Source: an uncultured Candidatus Bathyarchaeia archaeon
GTDB lineage: Archaea; Thermoproteota; Bathyarchaeia; Bathyarchaeales; Bathyarchaeaceae
Assembly (NCBI GenBank): GCA_964347995.1
Contig: CAYGBA010000001.1
Coordinates: 2,244 to 66,243 of the forward strand
DNA length: 64,000 nt
Reading direction: 5' to 3'
The translations under genes and the position numbers were made by a program. The notes beneath the pieces were generated by a model. It did not search any database. It had not been told where the DNA came from and saw only the letters and a program-made list of their open reading frames with translations. Every line of letters starts with the position of its first letter. Position 1 is the stretch's first letter. This document shows, piece after piece, positions 26,253-35,431 of the stretch.

Positions 26253-27419
26253 GTGAGCAAGATAACCGAACTAATAAAGGTGGCAATCCCCTCAGTGGGA
26301 GAAGAAGAAATAGAAGCAGTAGCTGAGGTGTTGAGGTCAGGACGCTACGTCCAAGGACCCAAAGTGAAGGAGTTCGAAGAGAAGTTCGCAGACTACATAG
26401 GAACAGAACACGCCATAGCAACAAACAGCGGCACCGCTGCACTCCACATAGCTCAAGCCGCAGCCGGAATAGGTCCAGGAGACGAGGTTATCGTTCCTGC
26501 ATTAACATTTTTTTCTACAATCACCTCAGTGATTCATAACAATGCCATACCAATCTTCGCAGATATAGACACTGAAATCTACTGTTTAGATCCTGAAGAC
26601 ATCGAAAAAAAGATAACTAAGAAAACAAAAGCCATCATCCCAGTTCATCTTTACGGCCACCCGGCTGAAATGGACCAAATAATAGAAATCGCTCAGACTC
26701 ACAATCTTCTGGTTATTGAGGATGCAGCTCAGGCCCATGGAGCACAGTACAAGGGGCAAAAGGTAGGATCTATAGGCGACACTGGTTGCTGGAGTTTCTA
26801 CGCCACAAAGAATATGACAACAGGAGAAGGAGGAATGATCACCACTGATGATTCAAACATTGCGGAGAAGGCGGGACGCATCAGAAGTCACGGAATGACC
26901 TCTCGTGACGACCATGCCGTGATAGGATACAACTACCGCATGAACGAAATTGCAGCGGCAATAGGACTAATTCAACTTTCTAAACTCGATAGGCTCAATC
27001 AGATAAGAACAAGGAATTCCATGTATCTGCTTAAAAACCTTGAGAGCGTCGATTGGCTTGAAACCGCAAAGATAAAGCCTTATGTTAAGCATGCATTTTT
27101 CTGGTGTCCTGCGCGGGTGAATGAGGAAAAGTTGGGCATGAAGACAAAGGACTTGGTAGCTACCCTTAGGGAAAGAGGTGTAGAAGTGAGACACAGATAT
27201 GTGGCACCACTTTACAAGCAACCTATGCTTATCAACCAAAATGTTTATCCTAAAAAATGTCCTTTCAGCTGTCCATTCTATGGAAAAGAAATAGATTATT
27301 CCGGTTTTAAGTGTGCAAACGCGGAGAAAATAGCTGGAAAAATGATAGGGCTACCGAATCATCCTAAATTGAGAAGAGAAGAATTAGACACGGTAATATC
27401 AACTATCAAAAATGTCTAG
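26253..27419 (+). CDS. DegT/DnrJ/EryC1/StrS-family sugar aminotransferase (PLP)
   Basis: ATNSGTAALHIA, IPVHLYGHPA, EDAAQAHGA and SFYATKNMTTGEGG (PLP-Lys context). Confidence 0.85.
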   Translation: MSKITELIKVAIPSVGEEEIEAVAEVLRSGRYVQGPKVKEFEEKFADYIGTEHAIATNSGTAALHIAQAAAGIGPGDEVIVPALTFFSTITSVIHNNAIPIFADIDTEIYCLDPEDIEKKITKKTKAIIPVHLYGHPAEMDQIIEIAQTHNLLVIEDAAQAHGAQYKGQKVGSIGDTGCWSFYATKNMTTGEGGMITTDDSNIAEKAGRIRSHGMTSRDDHAVIGYNYRMNEIAAAIGLIQLSKLDRLNQIRTRNSMYLLKNLESVDWLETAKIKPYVKHAFFWCPARVNEEKLGMKTKDLVATLRERGVEVRHRYVAPLYKQPMLINQNVYPKKCPFSCPFYGKEIDYSGFKCANAEKIAGKMIGLPNHPKLRREELDTVISTIKNV

Positions 27420-27528
27420 CAATTTTTGAGGAGGACTCATCATTACCCCAAAAATATATGTAAGCAAGTACGCTGAGATAGGAAAAAATGTTGAAATTGC
27501 ATATGGAGCAATAGTCGAAAAGAGTGCT

Positions 27529-28227
27529 ATGATCGAAGACGATGTGAAAATAGGGGCTTATACTGTAATTCACTCTCACGCTAAGATCAAAAGCAATGTT
27601 ACCCTTGGAAGCCACTGCGTCATAGGTCACCCTTCAAAAAGCGAACTAATAGGAATCGACTATTCGTATAAGGACCCCAAGTTGAAAGATCTTATCATAA
27701 GAGACCCCGTAACAATTATCGGAGAGGGGAGCGTTGTAAGGTCTGGGTCTATTATCTATACCCACACTAAGGCTGGGAAAAAACTGGGCACTGGGCATCA
27801 CGCTATCATCAGAGAACATACAAACCTCGAAGAATACTGCTTAGTTGGATCACACACAGTTTTGAATGGATACTCGAGATTTGGAGAACGAACAAGAATC
27901 AACACTGGGTGCGCGTTACCTCAGTCAATGCGGATAGGGAAAGGGGTTTTTGTAGCTCCGCTAGTTGCCTTCTCTGACAACGAGAGAGCCACGCCAGGAG
28001 AGGGAAACGAGGGGGCCATCGTACAGGACTTTGTAAGGATCGGGATTGGGGCGAAGATTTTACCTAAGATAGCTATAGGAAAAGGAGCGCTAATCGGCGC
28101 CGGAGCAGTCGTTACAAGGGATGTCCCCGAGAGGGCAATCGTCTACGGAGCGCCTGCCGACATCAAGGGATACTTGGACGAAAAGGAACTAAATAAGTAC
28201 ATTGATTCAATTATGAAATGGATTTGA
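27529..28227 (+). CDS. Left-handed beta-helix (hexapeptide-repeat) sugar N-acetyltransferase; the true start is probably upstream (about 27436-27442)
   Basis: Hexapeptide repeats are IEDDVKIGAYTVIHSHAKIKSNVTLGSHCVIG and, later, IGIGAKILPKIAIGKGALIGAGAVV. The frame stays open and repeat-like for 33 codons upstream of the first ATG. Confidence 0.75.
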   Translation: MIEDDVKIGAYTVIHSHAKIKSNVTLGSHCVIGHPSKSELIGIDYSYKDPKLKDLIIRDPVTIIGEGSVVRSGSIIYTHTKAGKKLGTGHHAIIREHTNLEEYCLVGSHTVLNGYSRFGERTRINTGCALPQSMRIGKGVFVAPLVAFSDNERATPGEGNEGAIVQDFVRIGIGAKILPKIAIGKGALIGAGAVVTRDVPERAIVYGAPADIKGYLDEKELNKYIDSIMKWI

Positions 28228-28290
28228 CCAATAGACATAATGCACATAGCAAGAATAGGGTAAAGGGCTATGAACTCTCTCCCATATCAT

Positions 28291-29391
28291 TTATTTCATC
28301 TCCCTAGAAGAATAGTATTTCATAAGGATCTTGGCAATTTCAGGTCGCATCTTTTTTTCCGACGGCATAGTCGCTTGTCTGATTGTTTCTCTCAGTTTTG
28401 TCATACTCATACTAACATGGTTTTCATCGCGGTGTCCGCAGGTTCTGGTCGTGACTATTAGGTCGCAACGCTTACAGTAGAAGGCTTCTTTGAATTTGAT
28501 CGGTTCTATCCCTAAATCCAACTCGTCAAACATTTCATGCGCCCTATAAGGTTCATATAGCCCTCCAATTCCAGCCATGTCTCGACCAATCACAAAGTGG
28601 GTGCATCCGTAATTCTTCCTTACGATGGCAAGGAAAATCGCTGCTTTGGGTCCTGCGTATCGCATGCCTATTGAAAGGGTGTTAAGGTATACACGATCTT
28701 CAGGATAGTAATTGTCTATGAGAAGTCTGTAAGATTCGACTATCGCTTCTGGCGGGAAATCGCTGGATTTCAATTTTCCTATAACCGGATGGATAAGCAG
28801 CCCATCAACTTTTTCCATGACGTTTCTTTGGAGATATTCATGAACCATGTGTGGGGGATTTCTCGTTTGGTAGCCAGCGACAGTCTTCCAGTGACGCTTT
28901 TTGAAAGCTTCCCGAGTGCCCAGCGGTGTTGATTCTTGTGAAACTCTGTGAAAAAGGTCGATCATGCCTCCAAGCGCAGTTTCACCCATGTTGTAGATAT
29001 CGCTGACATTCGGATGACTTCGATCTGTAGTACCGTAAACTTGTATTGCCAGTTCTTTCTTGTTATACTGAAATTTCTCTTCTAAATGCATAATTGCAAT
29101 AGACTTACCGTTATATCCTAGGACTAGGTCATCACCTTCCCCTAATTCTCTTACAATTTTCGCGTTTTTTTCCCCTGAAGGACAAAATATGATCGGTATT
29201 GTCCAAACAATGTCATTTGCCAGTCTTTCCTTGTAAATTACGTTTATGTAGTCTTCTCGGCACATGAAGGCTTCTAGGGGACTGAAGGCTCCTATGGCAA
29301 TTTTTTCTACATCTAAGGCTGTCGTCCAATCTACTTCAATTTTTGGCAATTCGCTTGTTTCAATAGACTCGCTGTTTACGATTCTGTTCAC
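28291..29391 (-). CDS. sat: Sulfate adenylyltransferase (ATP sulfurylase, homo-oligomeric Sat type) with C-terminal Cys-rich tail
   Basis: AGYQTRNPPHMVHEYL (QxRNPxHxxH), VIGRDMAGIG, and the tail CKRCDLIVTTRTCGH. Confidence 0.85.
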   Translation of the reverse strand: MNRIVNSESIETSELPKIEVDWTTALDVEKIAIGAFSPLEAFMCREDYINVIYKERLANDIVWTIPIIFCPSGEKNAKIVRELGEGDDLVLGYNGKSIAIMHLEEKFQYNKKELAIQVYGTTDRSHPNVSDIYNMGETALGGMIDLFHRVSQESTPLGTREAFKKRHWKTVAGYQTRNPPHMVHEYLQRNVMEKVDGLLIHPVIGKLKSSDFPPEAIVESYRLLIDNYYPEDRVYLNTLSIGMRYAGPKAAIFLAIVRKNYGCTHFVIGRDMAGIGGLYEPYRAHEMFDELDLGIEPIKFKEAFYCKRCDLIVTTRTCGHRDENHVSMSMTKLRETIRQATMPSEKKMRPEIAKILMKYYSSREMK

Positions 29392-29435
29392 GAGTTTGTT
29401 GCCGTGTGGAAGCGGCAGACTTCATCCATCCTGTT

Positions 29436-30152
29436 TCATTTATGGGCGTGTAGACCGCATTCTTTCTTTTCTGGTGATTCCCACCACCATCTTCCAGCCC
29501 TGATGGCTTCTCCAGGTTTGATGGGTCTCGTACAGGGTTCACAGCCGATGCTGGTGTAACCTTTGTCGTAAAGCGTATTGTGAGGCACATTGCTTTTCTT
29601 GACGTACTCCCAGACCTTGTCATCGGACCAGTCAGCCAAGGGGTTTATCTTCACGATGCCTCCATGTGCATCATCGATCTCGATTTTCTTAACTTCTGTT
29701 CTTGTGACGCTTTGTCCTCTCCTTAACCCCGTGATCCATGCATCTAGGCCACTGAGGGCTCTCATCAGGGGCTCAACTTTTCTTATCTTGCAACAAAGTC
29801 TACGGTTACTAACACTCCCGTAGAACAGGTTCATCCCACGTTCTCTAACCATTTTTTCAACTGAAGCCGTATTTGGATAATAGACTTCCATCTGCAAACT
29901 GTATCTCGCTCGTATCCGCTCCATCAAACTGTATGTTTCTTGGTCAAGCCTACCAGTGTCGAGTGTGAATACCCTGAACTTAGGGTCTATTTTCGATAGC
30001 ATGTCAATCAGAGTGACATCTTCTACACTAAAACTTGAAGAGAGTGCCAGCCTAGGGTGCAACTCATCCACAGCCCATTTCAATATCTCCTGTGGTTCTT
30101 TGTTTTCAAAACTCTCAGCGAGTTTTTCTACTTCGCCTTTGCTTAGCTTCAT
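29436..30152 (-). CDS. cysH: APS/PAPS reductase (CysH), Fe-S-type signature
   Basis: The C-terminal ECGLH motif, plus CCKIRKVEPL and GCEPCT cysteines typical of 4Fe-4S APS reductases. Confidence 0.85.
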   Translation of the reverse strand: MKLSKGEVEKLAESFENKEPQEILKWAVDELHPRLALSSSFSVEDVTLIDMLSKIDPKFRVFTLDTGRLDQETYSLMERIRARYSLQMEVYYPNTASVEKMVRERGMNLFYGSVSNRRLCCKIRKVEPLMRALSGLDAWITGLRRGQSVTRTEVKKIEIDDAHGGIVKINPLADWSDDKVWEYVKKSNVPHNTLYDKGYTSIGCEPCTRPIKPGEAIRAGRWWWESPEKKECGLHAHK

Positions 30153-30351
30153 TTTCGTATCCGCAAGCCTCCTTGTTTCACCACTCCTGTTCTTAATGCA
30201 TATATTTACTACATCTCAATAGTAAATATATAAGGTTTACTCCTTTTGAGTGGTAAAAATTTTTCGTCAAACCAAACCAGCCGAAATTCCTACACTGGAA
30301 AGAAAGAACGCTAAGTAAGAAATGAATTTGAGGCTGTGCTCAGAAAAAACG

Positions 30352-31194
30352 CTAGAGCTTCGTTGCTTTGTGTTTCCATAACAGTCTGTACATCAAAGCA
30401 AGTCCTCTAACGACGCTTTGATGCGACGTGATGGCTGCTTCACGCAGGAAAAAGGGAACTCCAGGATCTTCAACAAGGAACAAAGCCTTTCCCCCCGTCT
30501 TTGGGTCAACTATGCAGCCCCTAATCGGAATCTCATCAGTGAAACGGATCTCAACCCCACCCGCCAGCACCTTGTTGATGCCCCCCAACATCTTTGCTTG
30601 CTTTTCTCTGTCTTCAGGCCCCAGCATGTCCGGCTTCATCAAGATCAGTTTCAATGAGACACCCCGCGCTATAGCCTCCCCAAGTTTTTCAGCAACTTCC
30701 GGGAAGTACTCTATGGCCCTTGAAAGGATCTGGATTTCCGTCTCCGCTGCGTCGTAAAGTTTTTTTGTTTCCTCACGTGAAACTTCGCCCACGCTGACGA
30801 TGCGTAGAAGAGGAACCCCTGGAACTCCTTTCTCACCCTTCAAATAAATCTTCTTGCTGACTTCTACGAGATCTTGTGCGTACTCCTCAAGGGTTCTAAG
30901 CTTCTGCTTAAGCTCTTTCATGCTCAAAGACACAAGAGAGCTTGCGATATCCTCGAGAGGGCGCGGGTTGTACAGCACAGGTCTTCCAGGTCTTATCGTT
31001 ACAAGTCCCATTTTTGCAAGCTGGTCCAAAACGCCGTAGATGCGCGCACTCGGCACTTTACTAGTCTTGCTTAGGGTCGTTGCCTTTGTCTCTCCCAGAA
31101 GTATTAGGTGCGCAAGCGCCGCGGCTTGGTACTCGTTTAAGCCCATGTTTATGAGCAGCAACCTGGTTTCATTGATGTCTTTTTCAAAGGCCAA
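30352..31194 (-). CDS. trmB: TrmB-family transcriptional regulator
   Basis: The N-terminal wHTH LGLNEYQAAALAHLILLGETKATTLSKTSKVPSARIYGVLDQLAKMGLV is typical TrmB. Size is 280 aa. It is divergent from the UDP-sulfoquinovose synthase gene. Confidence 0.8.
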   Translation of the reverse strand: MAFEKDINETRLLLINMGLNEYQAAALAHLILLGETKATTLSKTSKVPSARIYGVLDQLAKMGLVTIRPGRPVLYNPRPLEDIASSLVSLSMKELKQKLRTLEEYAQDLVEVSKKIYLKGEKGVPGVPLLRIVSVGEVSREETKKLYDAAETEIQILSRAIEYFPEVAEKLGEAIARGVSLKLILMKPDMLGPEDREKQAKMLGGINKVLAGGVEIRFTDEIPIRGCIVDPKTGGKALFLVEDPGVPFFLREAAITSHQSVVRGLALMYRLLWKHKATKL

Positions 31195-31346
31195 GAGTTA
31201 ACTACTCTCCTATAGATAATTTGAACAACCTGCTTTTAAATCCTTTACATTGTGTGTTTCAACTTACGCGAAGGAAAAAACTGTACACAGAAAAGGTTAT
31301 AAATGAGAATAATTAACTTCAACCAAGTAGTAAAATCGGTGTTCAT

Positions 31347-32513
31347 ATGAAGGTTTTAATTACTGGTATGGATGGATACATCGGTTGGGCTTTAAGCCTA
31401 CACATGCTAAACCGCGGACACACGGTAATTGGAATAGATAACTTTCTTAGGAGGAAGATGGTGAGGGCGGTCAACTGCCAGAGCGCAATTACTATACAAC
31501 CCATGAAAAAGAGGTTAGAGCTGATTAAGCAGGTTCTTGGAAAGGAAATTGCCTTTGAGCAAGGCGACATGTTGGACTACGACTTTCTTAAAGCTGTCTT
31601 GCATAAGTACAAGCCGAATTCCATTGTGAACCTTGCACAACAGCCATCCCCCGCTTACAGCATGATCAACGCAAAGCACGCCACATTTTCCCAAAGGAAC
31701 AACGTTTGTGGGATACTCAACCTCATGTGGGCCATGAGAGAGGAGACTCCGGATGCGCATGTGACCACATTGGGCACCATGGGTGAGTATGGACAGCCCA
31801 ACATGCCCATTCCCGAAGGTTTTTTCACTGTGGAGTATAAAGGAATGAAGGATACTCTGCCGTTTCCACGCCAAGCTGGAAGCTTCTACCATTGGTCAAA
31901 GGTTCAAAGCTCCGACAACGCCTTTTACTGTTGTAATCTCTGGGACTTGAAGGCAACCGACATAATGCAAGGAGTCGTCTACGGGACGCAAACCGATGAA
32001 GTGATTTTGAACGAGGGGTTGCGCACAAGGTTCGACTTTGACGAGTGCTTTGGAACAATGATAAACAGGGCCTGTGCATGCGCCATAACTGGGCATCCCA
32101 TAATTCCATACGGGAAAGGCTGGCAAACCCGGGGATATATCGCGCTAAGAGACAGCATCCAGTGCTTAACCCTTTCAACGGAGAACCCGCCAACCGATGA
32201 GAATAGTGTCCATGGTTACCGTGTGATGAACCAGTTTGACGAATGCTACAGCTGCAATGAGATAGCGGATAGAGTGGGCTTGGTAGCGGAGAAACTTGGA
32301 TTCGAGACGGAGGTGAAGCATATAGAAAACCCACGAGTAGAGAAAGAGGAACACTTCTATCAGCCCATCCATGAGAAGCTTTACAGACTCGGCTTCAAAC
32401 CGCTCCATACTTTGGAAGAGGAGCTGGAGATCATGCTCACTGATCTGGACCACTGGAAGGACAGGATTTTGGCATACGAACATAAAATAATGCCTAAAAT
32501 CACTTGGCGTTGA
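31347..32513 (+). CDS. agl3: UDP-sulfoquinovose synthase (SQD1/Agl3 family)
   Basis: MKVLITGMDGYIGWAL (SQD1-type GxDGYxGW), TLGTMGEYG, FPRQAGSFYHWSKV and ATDIMQGVVYG. Length is 388 aa, as in SQD1/Agl3. Confidence 0.85.
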   Translation: MKVLITGMDGYIGWALSLHMLNRGHTVIGIDNFLRRKMVRAVNCQSAITIQPMKKRLELIKQVLGKEIAFEQGDMLDYDFLKAVLHKYKPNSIVNLAQQPSPAYSMINAKHATFSQRNNVCGILNLMWAMREETPDAHVTTLGTMGEYGQPNMPIPEGFFTVEYKGMKDTLPFPRQAGSFYHWSKVQSSDNAFYCCNLWDLKATDIMQGVVYGTQTDEVILNEGLRTRFDFDECFGTMINRACACAITGHPIIPYGKGWQTRGYIALRDSIQCLTLSTENPPTDENSVHGYRVMNQFDECYSCNEIADRVGLVAEKLGFETEVKHIENPRVEKEEHFYQPIHEKLYRLGFKPLHTLEEELEIMLTDLDHWKDRILAYEHKIMPKITWR

Positions 32514-32624
32514 ACCAAGGAAATGGAGAAGAACGGACAGCGCATTAACGACTAAGGAGAAAATCATGCCAAGTTTCATCTTGGAACCAATGGAAAATTT
32601 CTTATCAATAAAATTTCGGTTGCA

Positions 32625-33254
32625 GTGATGGCAAACCCTAAAGTCTCCGTGATCATACCTGCATACAATGAAGCTATGTCGATAGGCAAAGTGGTCACCA
32701 ACTGCAAGTCATTTTGCGATGAGATAATTGTCATAGATGATGGTAGTACAGATGATACAGCTGAAATTGCAAAGAAAAGTGGAGCACTATTGGTTCGGAG
32801 TGAGGAGAATCTTGGCATAACCAAAGCTATTCAGAAAGGACTGGAAGCTGCTCACGGCGAGATAATCGTAACAATGGACGCAGATGGTCAACATGACCCA
32901 TCAGATATACCGAATCTAATTAAACCAATAACGGATGGAACAAGCGATGTGGTGCTTGGCATAAGAGACGAAATTCCAAATCTCTCAGAAAGAATAATTA
33001 ATGCGCTTGCAAACCTAGGCGGAAAATGTTCGGACGCTGGAACAGGGTTCAGAGCTATAAGAGCGAACATAGCTAAGAAGATGAAACTGCATGGAGCATG
33101 CCTCTGTGGAACATTCCTTCTGGAGGCGCGTAAGCGAGGCGCCAGAATATTAGAGATTCCTATAAAAAAGAAGAGAAGAATCTATGGGAGAAGAAAGGCA
33201 AAGACAAAGCACATAAGGCAATTCTTCTATGTCGCACGAGACCTAATCTTCTAG
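32625..33254 (+). CDS. Short GT2 glycosyltransferase (dolichyl-phosphate sugar synthase-like)
   Basis: VSVIIPAYNEAMSIGKVV, IVIDDGSTDDT and TMDADGQHDP. Confidence 0.75.
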   Translation: MMANPKVSVIIPAYNEAMSIGKVVTNCKSFCDEIIVIDDGSTDDTAEIAKKSGALLVRSEENLGITKAIQKGLEAAHGEIIVTMDADGQHDPSDIPNLIKPITDGTSDVVLGIRDEIPNLSERIINALANLGGKCSDAGTGFRAIRANIAKKMKLHGACLCGTFLLEARKRGARILEIPIKKKRRIYGRRKAKTKHIRQFFYVARDLIF

Positions 33255-33387
33255 TCACAAGGACACATAGATAGCGACCTAAAACTACGAAAGCGCTCGC
33301 ACGCGGAAGCACAGCAAAAATCAATCTAGCATTGAGAAGCGTTAAAAATGGAATAGAACAATGACTAAGACAAACTGGTGATCGCAA

Positions 33388-34371
33388 ATGGACATACTAG
33401 TAACTGGTGGAGCAGGCTACATCGGAAGCGGGCTTCTCCTCAAGCTGGGCGAAGAGTTCCCTGAAGCCACTATAACTTCCATGGACAACTTAACAACAGG
33501 AGATTACCGCCACATTGAATATCTCAAGAGAGACAAGCGTTATCGCCTTCTGATCGGTGACATAAGAAAAAAGTCTGACACAAAAAGGGCCATAACCCAA
33601 GATACGAATATGATCATACACTTGGCAGCTATGCCAGGCGTAAAATTATGTAACGATCAGCCAAAAGAAGCTATAGAGACTAATATTTATGGCACCCATC
33701 TCCTTCTGGAAGAAGCTGTTAATCACAATGTCAAGAAATTTGCTTTTACCTCTTCGGCCGCCGTATACGGAACACCAGAAGAGCACCCTATCAGTGAAAG
33801 GCACCCTCTCAAGCCCATCAACCTCTATGGTGTTAGCAAAGTAAGCGGTGAAAAGCTTGTTAACGGACACCACATCACTAGCGGCTTAAGCACAACAACA
33901 CTTCGGTTATCCAACGTTTATGGTCTAGGTGCATACACCAAGTGGAAGACCGTTATCCCCCGGTTTGTCTGGCAGGCAGTGCACAATAAGGCTCTGACGA
34001 TCCGCGCAGATGGAAAACAGCAACGCAACTTTGTACATGTACAAGATGTTATAGACGCCATAATCCGATGCTTAAAGGCTCCTCAACAGGCAGTTGCAGG
34101 CGAAATCTTCAACGTAGGTGGAGAAGCCTTAAGCGTTAACCAAATCGCCACGAATGTAATTCGCGAAGCCAGGCAAAGGCTGGGCAAAGAAGTTTCAAAG
34201 GCATACACGCAGTTGGAAACTGGCGAAGTTTACACATCGGAATTCAACTACGATTGGAAAAGAGCTTCTCAAAAGATAGGCTATAAGCAGAAGCGAGAAG
34301 TCTCGGAAGGCGTTTCTGCGTTGTTTGACTACGCCTTAAAAATCAAGGCTACACAAAGTCATGACGATTAA
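33388..34371 (+). CDS. NAD-dependent sugar-nucleotide epimerase/dehydratase (extended SDR)
   Basis: MDILVTGGAGYIGSGL and YGVSKVSGE (YxxxK). Confidence 0.8.
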   Translation: MDILVTGGAGYIGSGLLLKLGEEFPEATITSMDNLTTGDYRHIEYLKRDKRYRLLIGDIRKKSDTKRAITQDTNMIIHLAAMPGVKLCNDQPKEAIETNIYGTHLLLEEAVNHNVKKFAFTSSAAVYGTPEEHPISERHPLKPINLYGVSKVSGEKLVNGHHITSGLSTTTLRLSNVYGLGAYTKWKTVIPRFVWQAVHNKALTIRADGKQQRNFVHVQDVIDAIIRCLKAPQQAVAGEIFNVGGEALSVNQIATNVIREARQRLGKEVSKAYTQLETGEVYTSEFNYDWKRASQKIGYKQKREVSEGVSALFDYALKIKATQSHDD

Positions 34372-34392
34372 GGCTATCCTCTTTTTGAGTGT

Positions 34393-35376
34393 TTAGTTGT
34401 CTTTCAGTAACTCCATTATCATGTTTGCGAGGTTTTTAGCCCCTTCTGGTAGCGTCGGAACCTTCCTCCCTCTTGCTTCTTTTATAGCATCTAAGAGACT
34501 CTGTAACTCTATTTTGGAAACCAAGACAGCGTTTATTTTTCTCGCCAAATATTCTGCGTCCTCTATTCCTGCTGTTCTTGTCCAATCAGGATTTGGAGCC
34601 AAAACTACGGGTTTTTTATAAATGGCCGCATCCAACAACGTTCCACCAAAATGAGACACCACCAGTTCGGCTCCGGCTAGAAGCTTGTGGAATTCTTCTG
34701 TAAATGTTATCACCTTCCACTCGGGATGTTGCTTAATGTAGGGCGCGGCGTCCACTCTGCCGGTCTGCAAAACAACATTGCTTAGTCTGCTCTTTGACAA
34801 GGTATCAAACAAAAGCTTGTGTCCATAGGTGCCTCCTGAAGCTAGAATGTATCCTCCATCCCATGGCGTGATCTCTGGCTTACAAAGCGTGGGGCCCACA
34901 ACCACACCTTTTAGAAATCTACTCTGTTCCTTCCAATGCAAAGCCGTTAATGCTGAAATAGGCTGTAGTACGCGAGCGGTTCTAGAAGGTTTTGTGAAAC
35001 GAACAAGGCTCTCAATGTTAACCACTGGAACACCTCTCATCCAAGCCAAAAGTGCCGGTGGACCACAGAAGTTGCTTCCTGTGCTCACAACAACATCAAA
35101 CTCATGGAAATCTACTTTGACAGAATCAATAAGCGCCTTGATGAGACGGGCTGCGAAAATGTAGTCGGGAGTTTTTGGACCTCGAGGCTTCAGTAGAAAC
35201 TCTACTTTGCCAAATTTGCTCAGCCTTCTCTCGCTTAATGTGTCTCCCTCGGGCGCGAGAAATGATAGAGACACTTTCTTGTGAAGTGTTTGGGCTAGCG
35301 CATATGCAATTCCAGTGTGCCCACCGCCACCAGCAAGAATCAGTACGCGCCCCTTCACCTTGGCTCCCCTTGACAC
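34393..35376 (-). CDS. agl24: Agl24-like GT-B glycosyltransferase (MurG/Alg13-Alg14-like, GT28-type)
   Basis: The N-terminal VLILAGGGGHTGIAYALAQ (GGxGGH motif) with a GT28-like C-terminal half (LVVSHFGGTLLDAAIYKKPVVLAPNP). It lies adjacent to aglH and aglB. Confidence 0.6.
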   Translation of the reverse strand: MSRGAKVKGRVLILAGGGGHTGIAYALAQTLHKKVSLSFLAPEGDTLSERRLSKFGKVEFLLKPRGPKTPDYIFAARLIKALIDSVKVDFHEFDVVVSTGSNFCGPPALLAWMRGVPVVNIESLVRFTKPSRTARVLQPISALTALHWKEQSRFLKGVVVGPTLCKPEITPWDGGYILASGGTYGHKLLFDTLSKSRLSNVVLQTGRVDAAPYIKQHPEWKVITFTEEFHKLLAGAELVVSHFGGTLLDAAIYKKPVVLAPNPDWTRTAGIEDAEYLARKINAVLVSKIELQSLLDAIKEARGRKVPTLPEGAKNLANMIMELLKDN

Positions 35377-35431
35377 TTCTTCATCCAGAAGTTATATAGT
35401 TGTCTTTTCTACGTTCGCTCTCGGAATCCGT

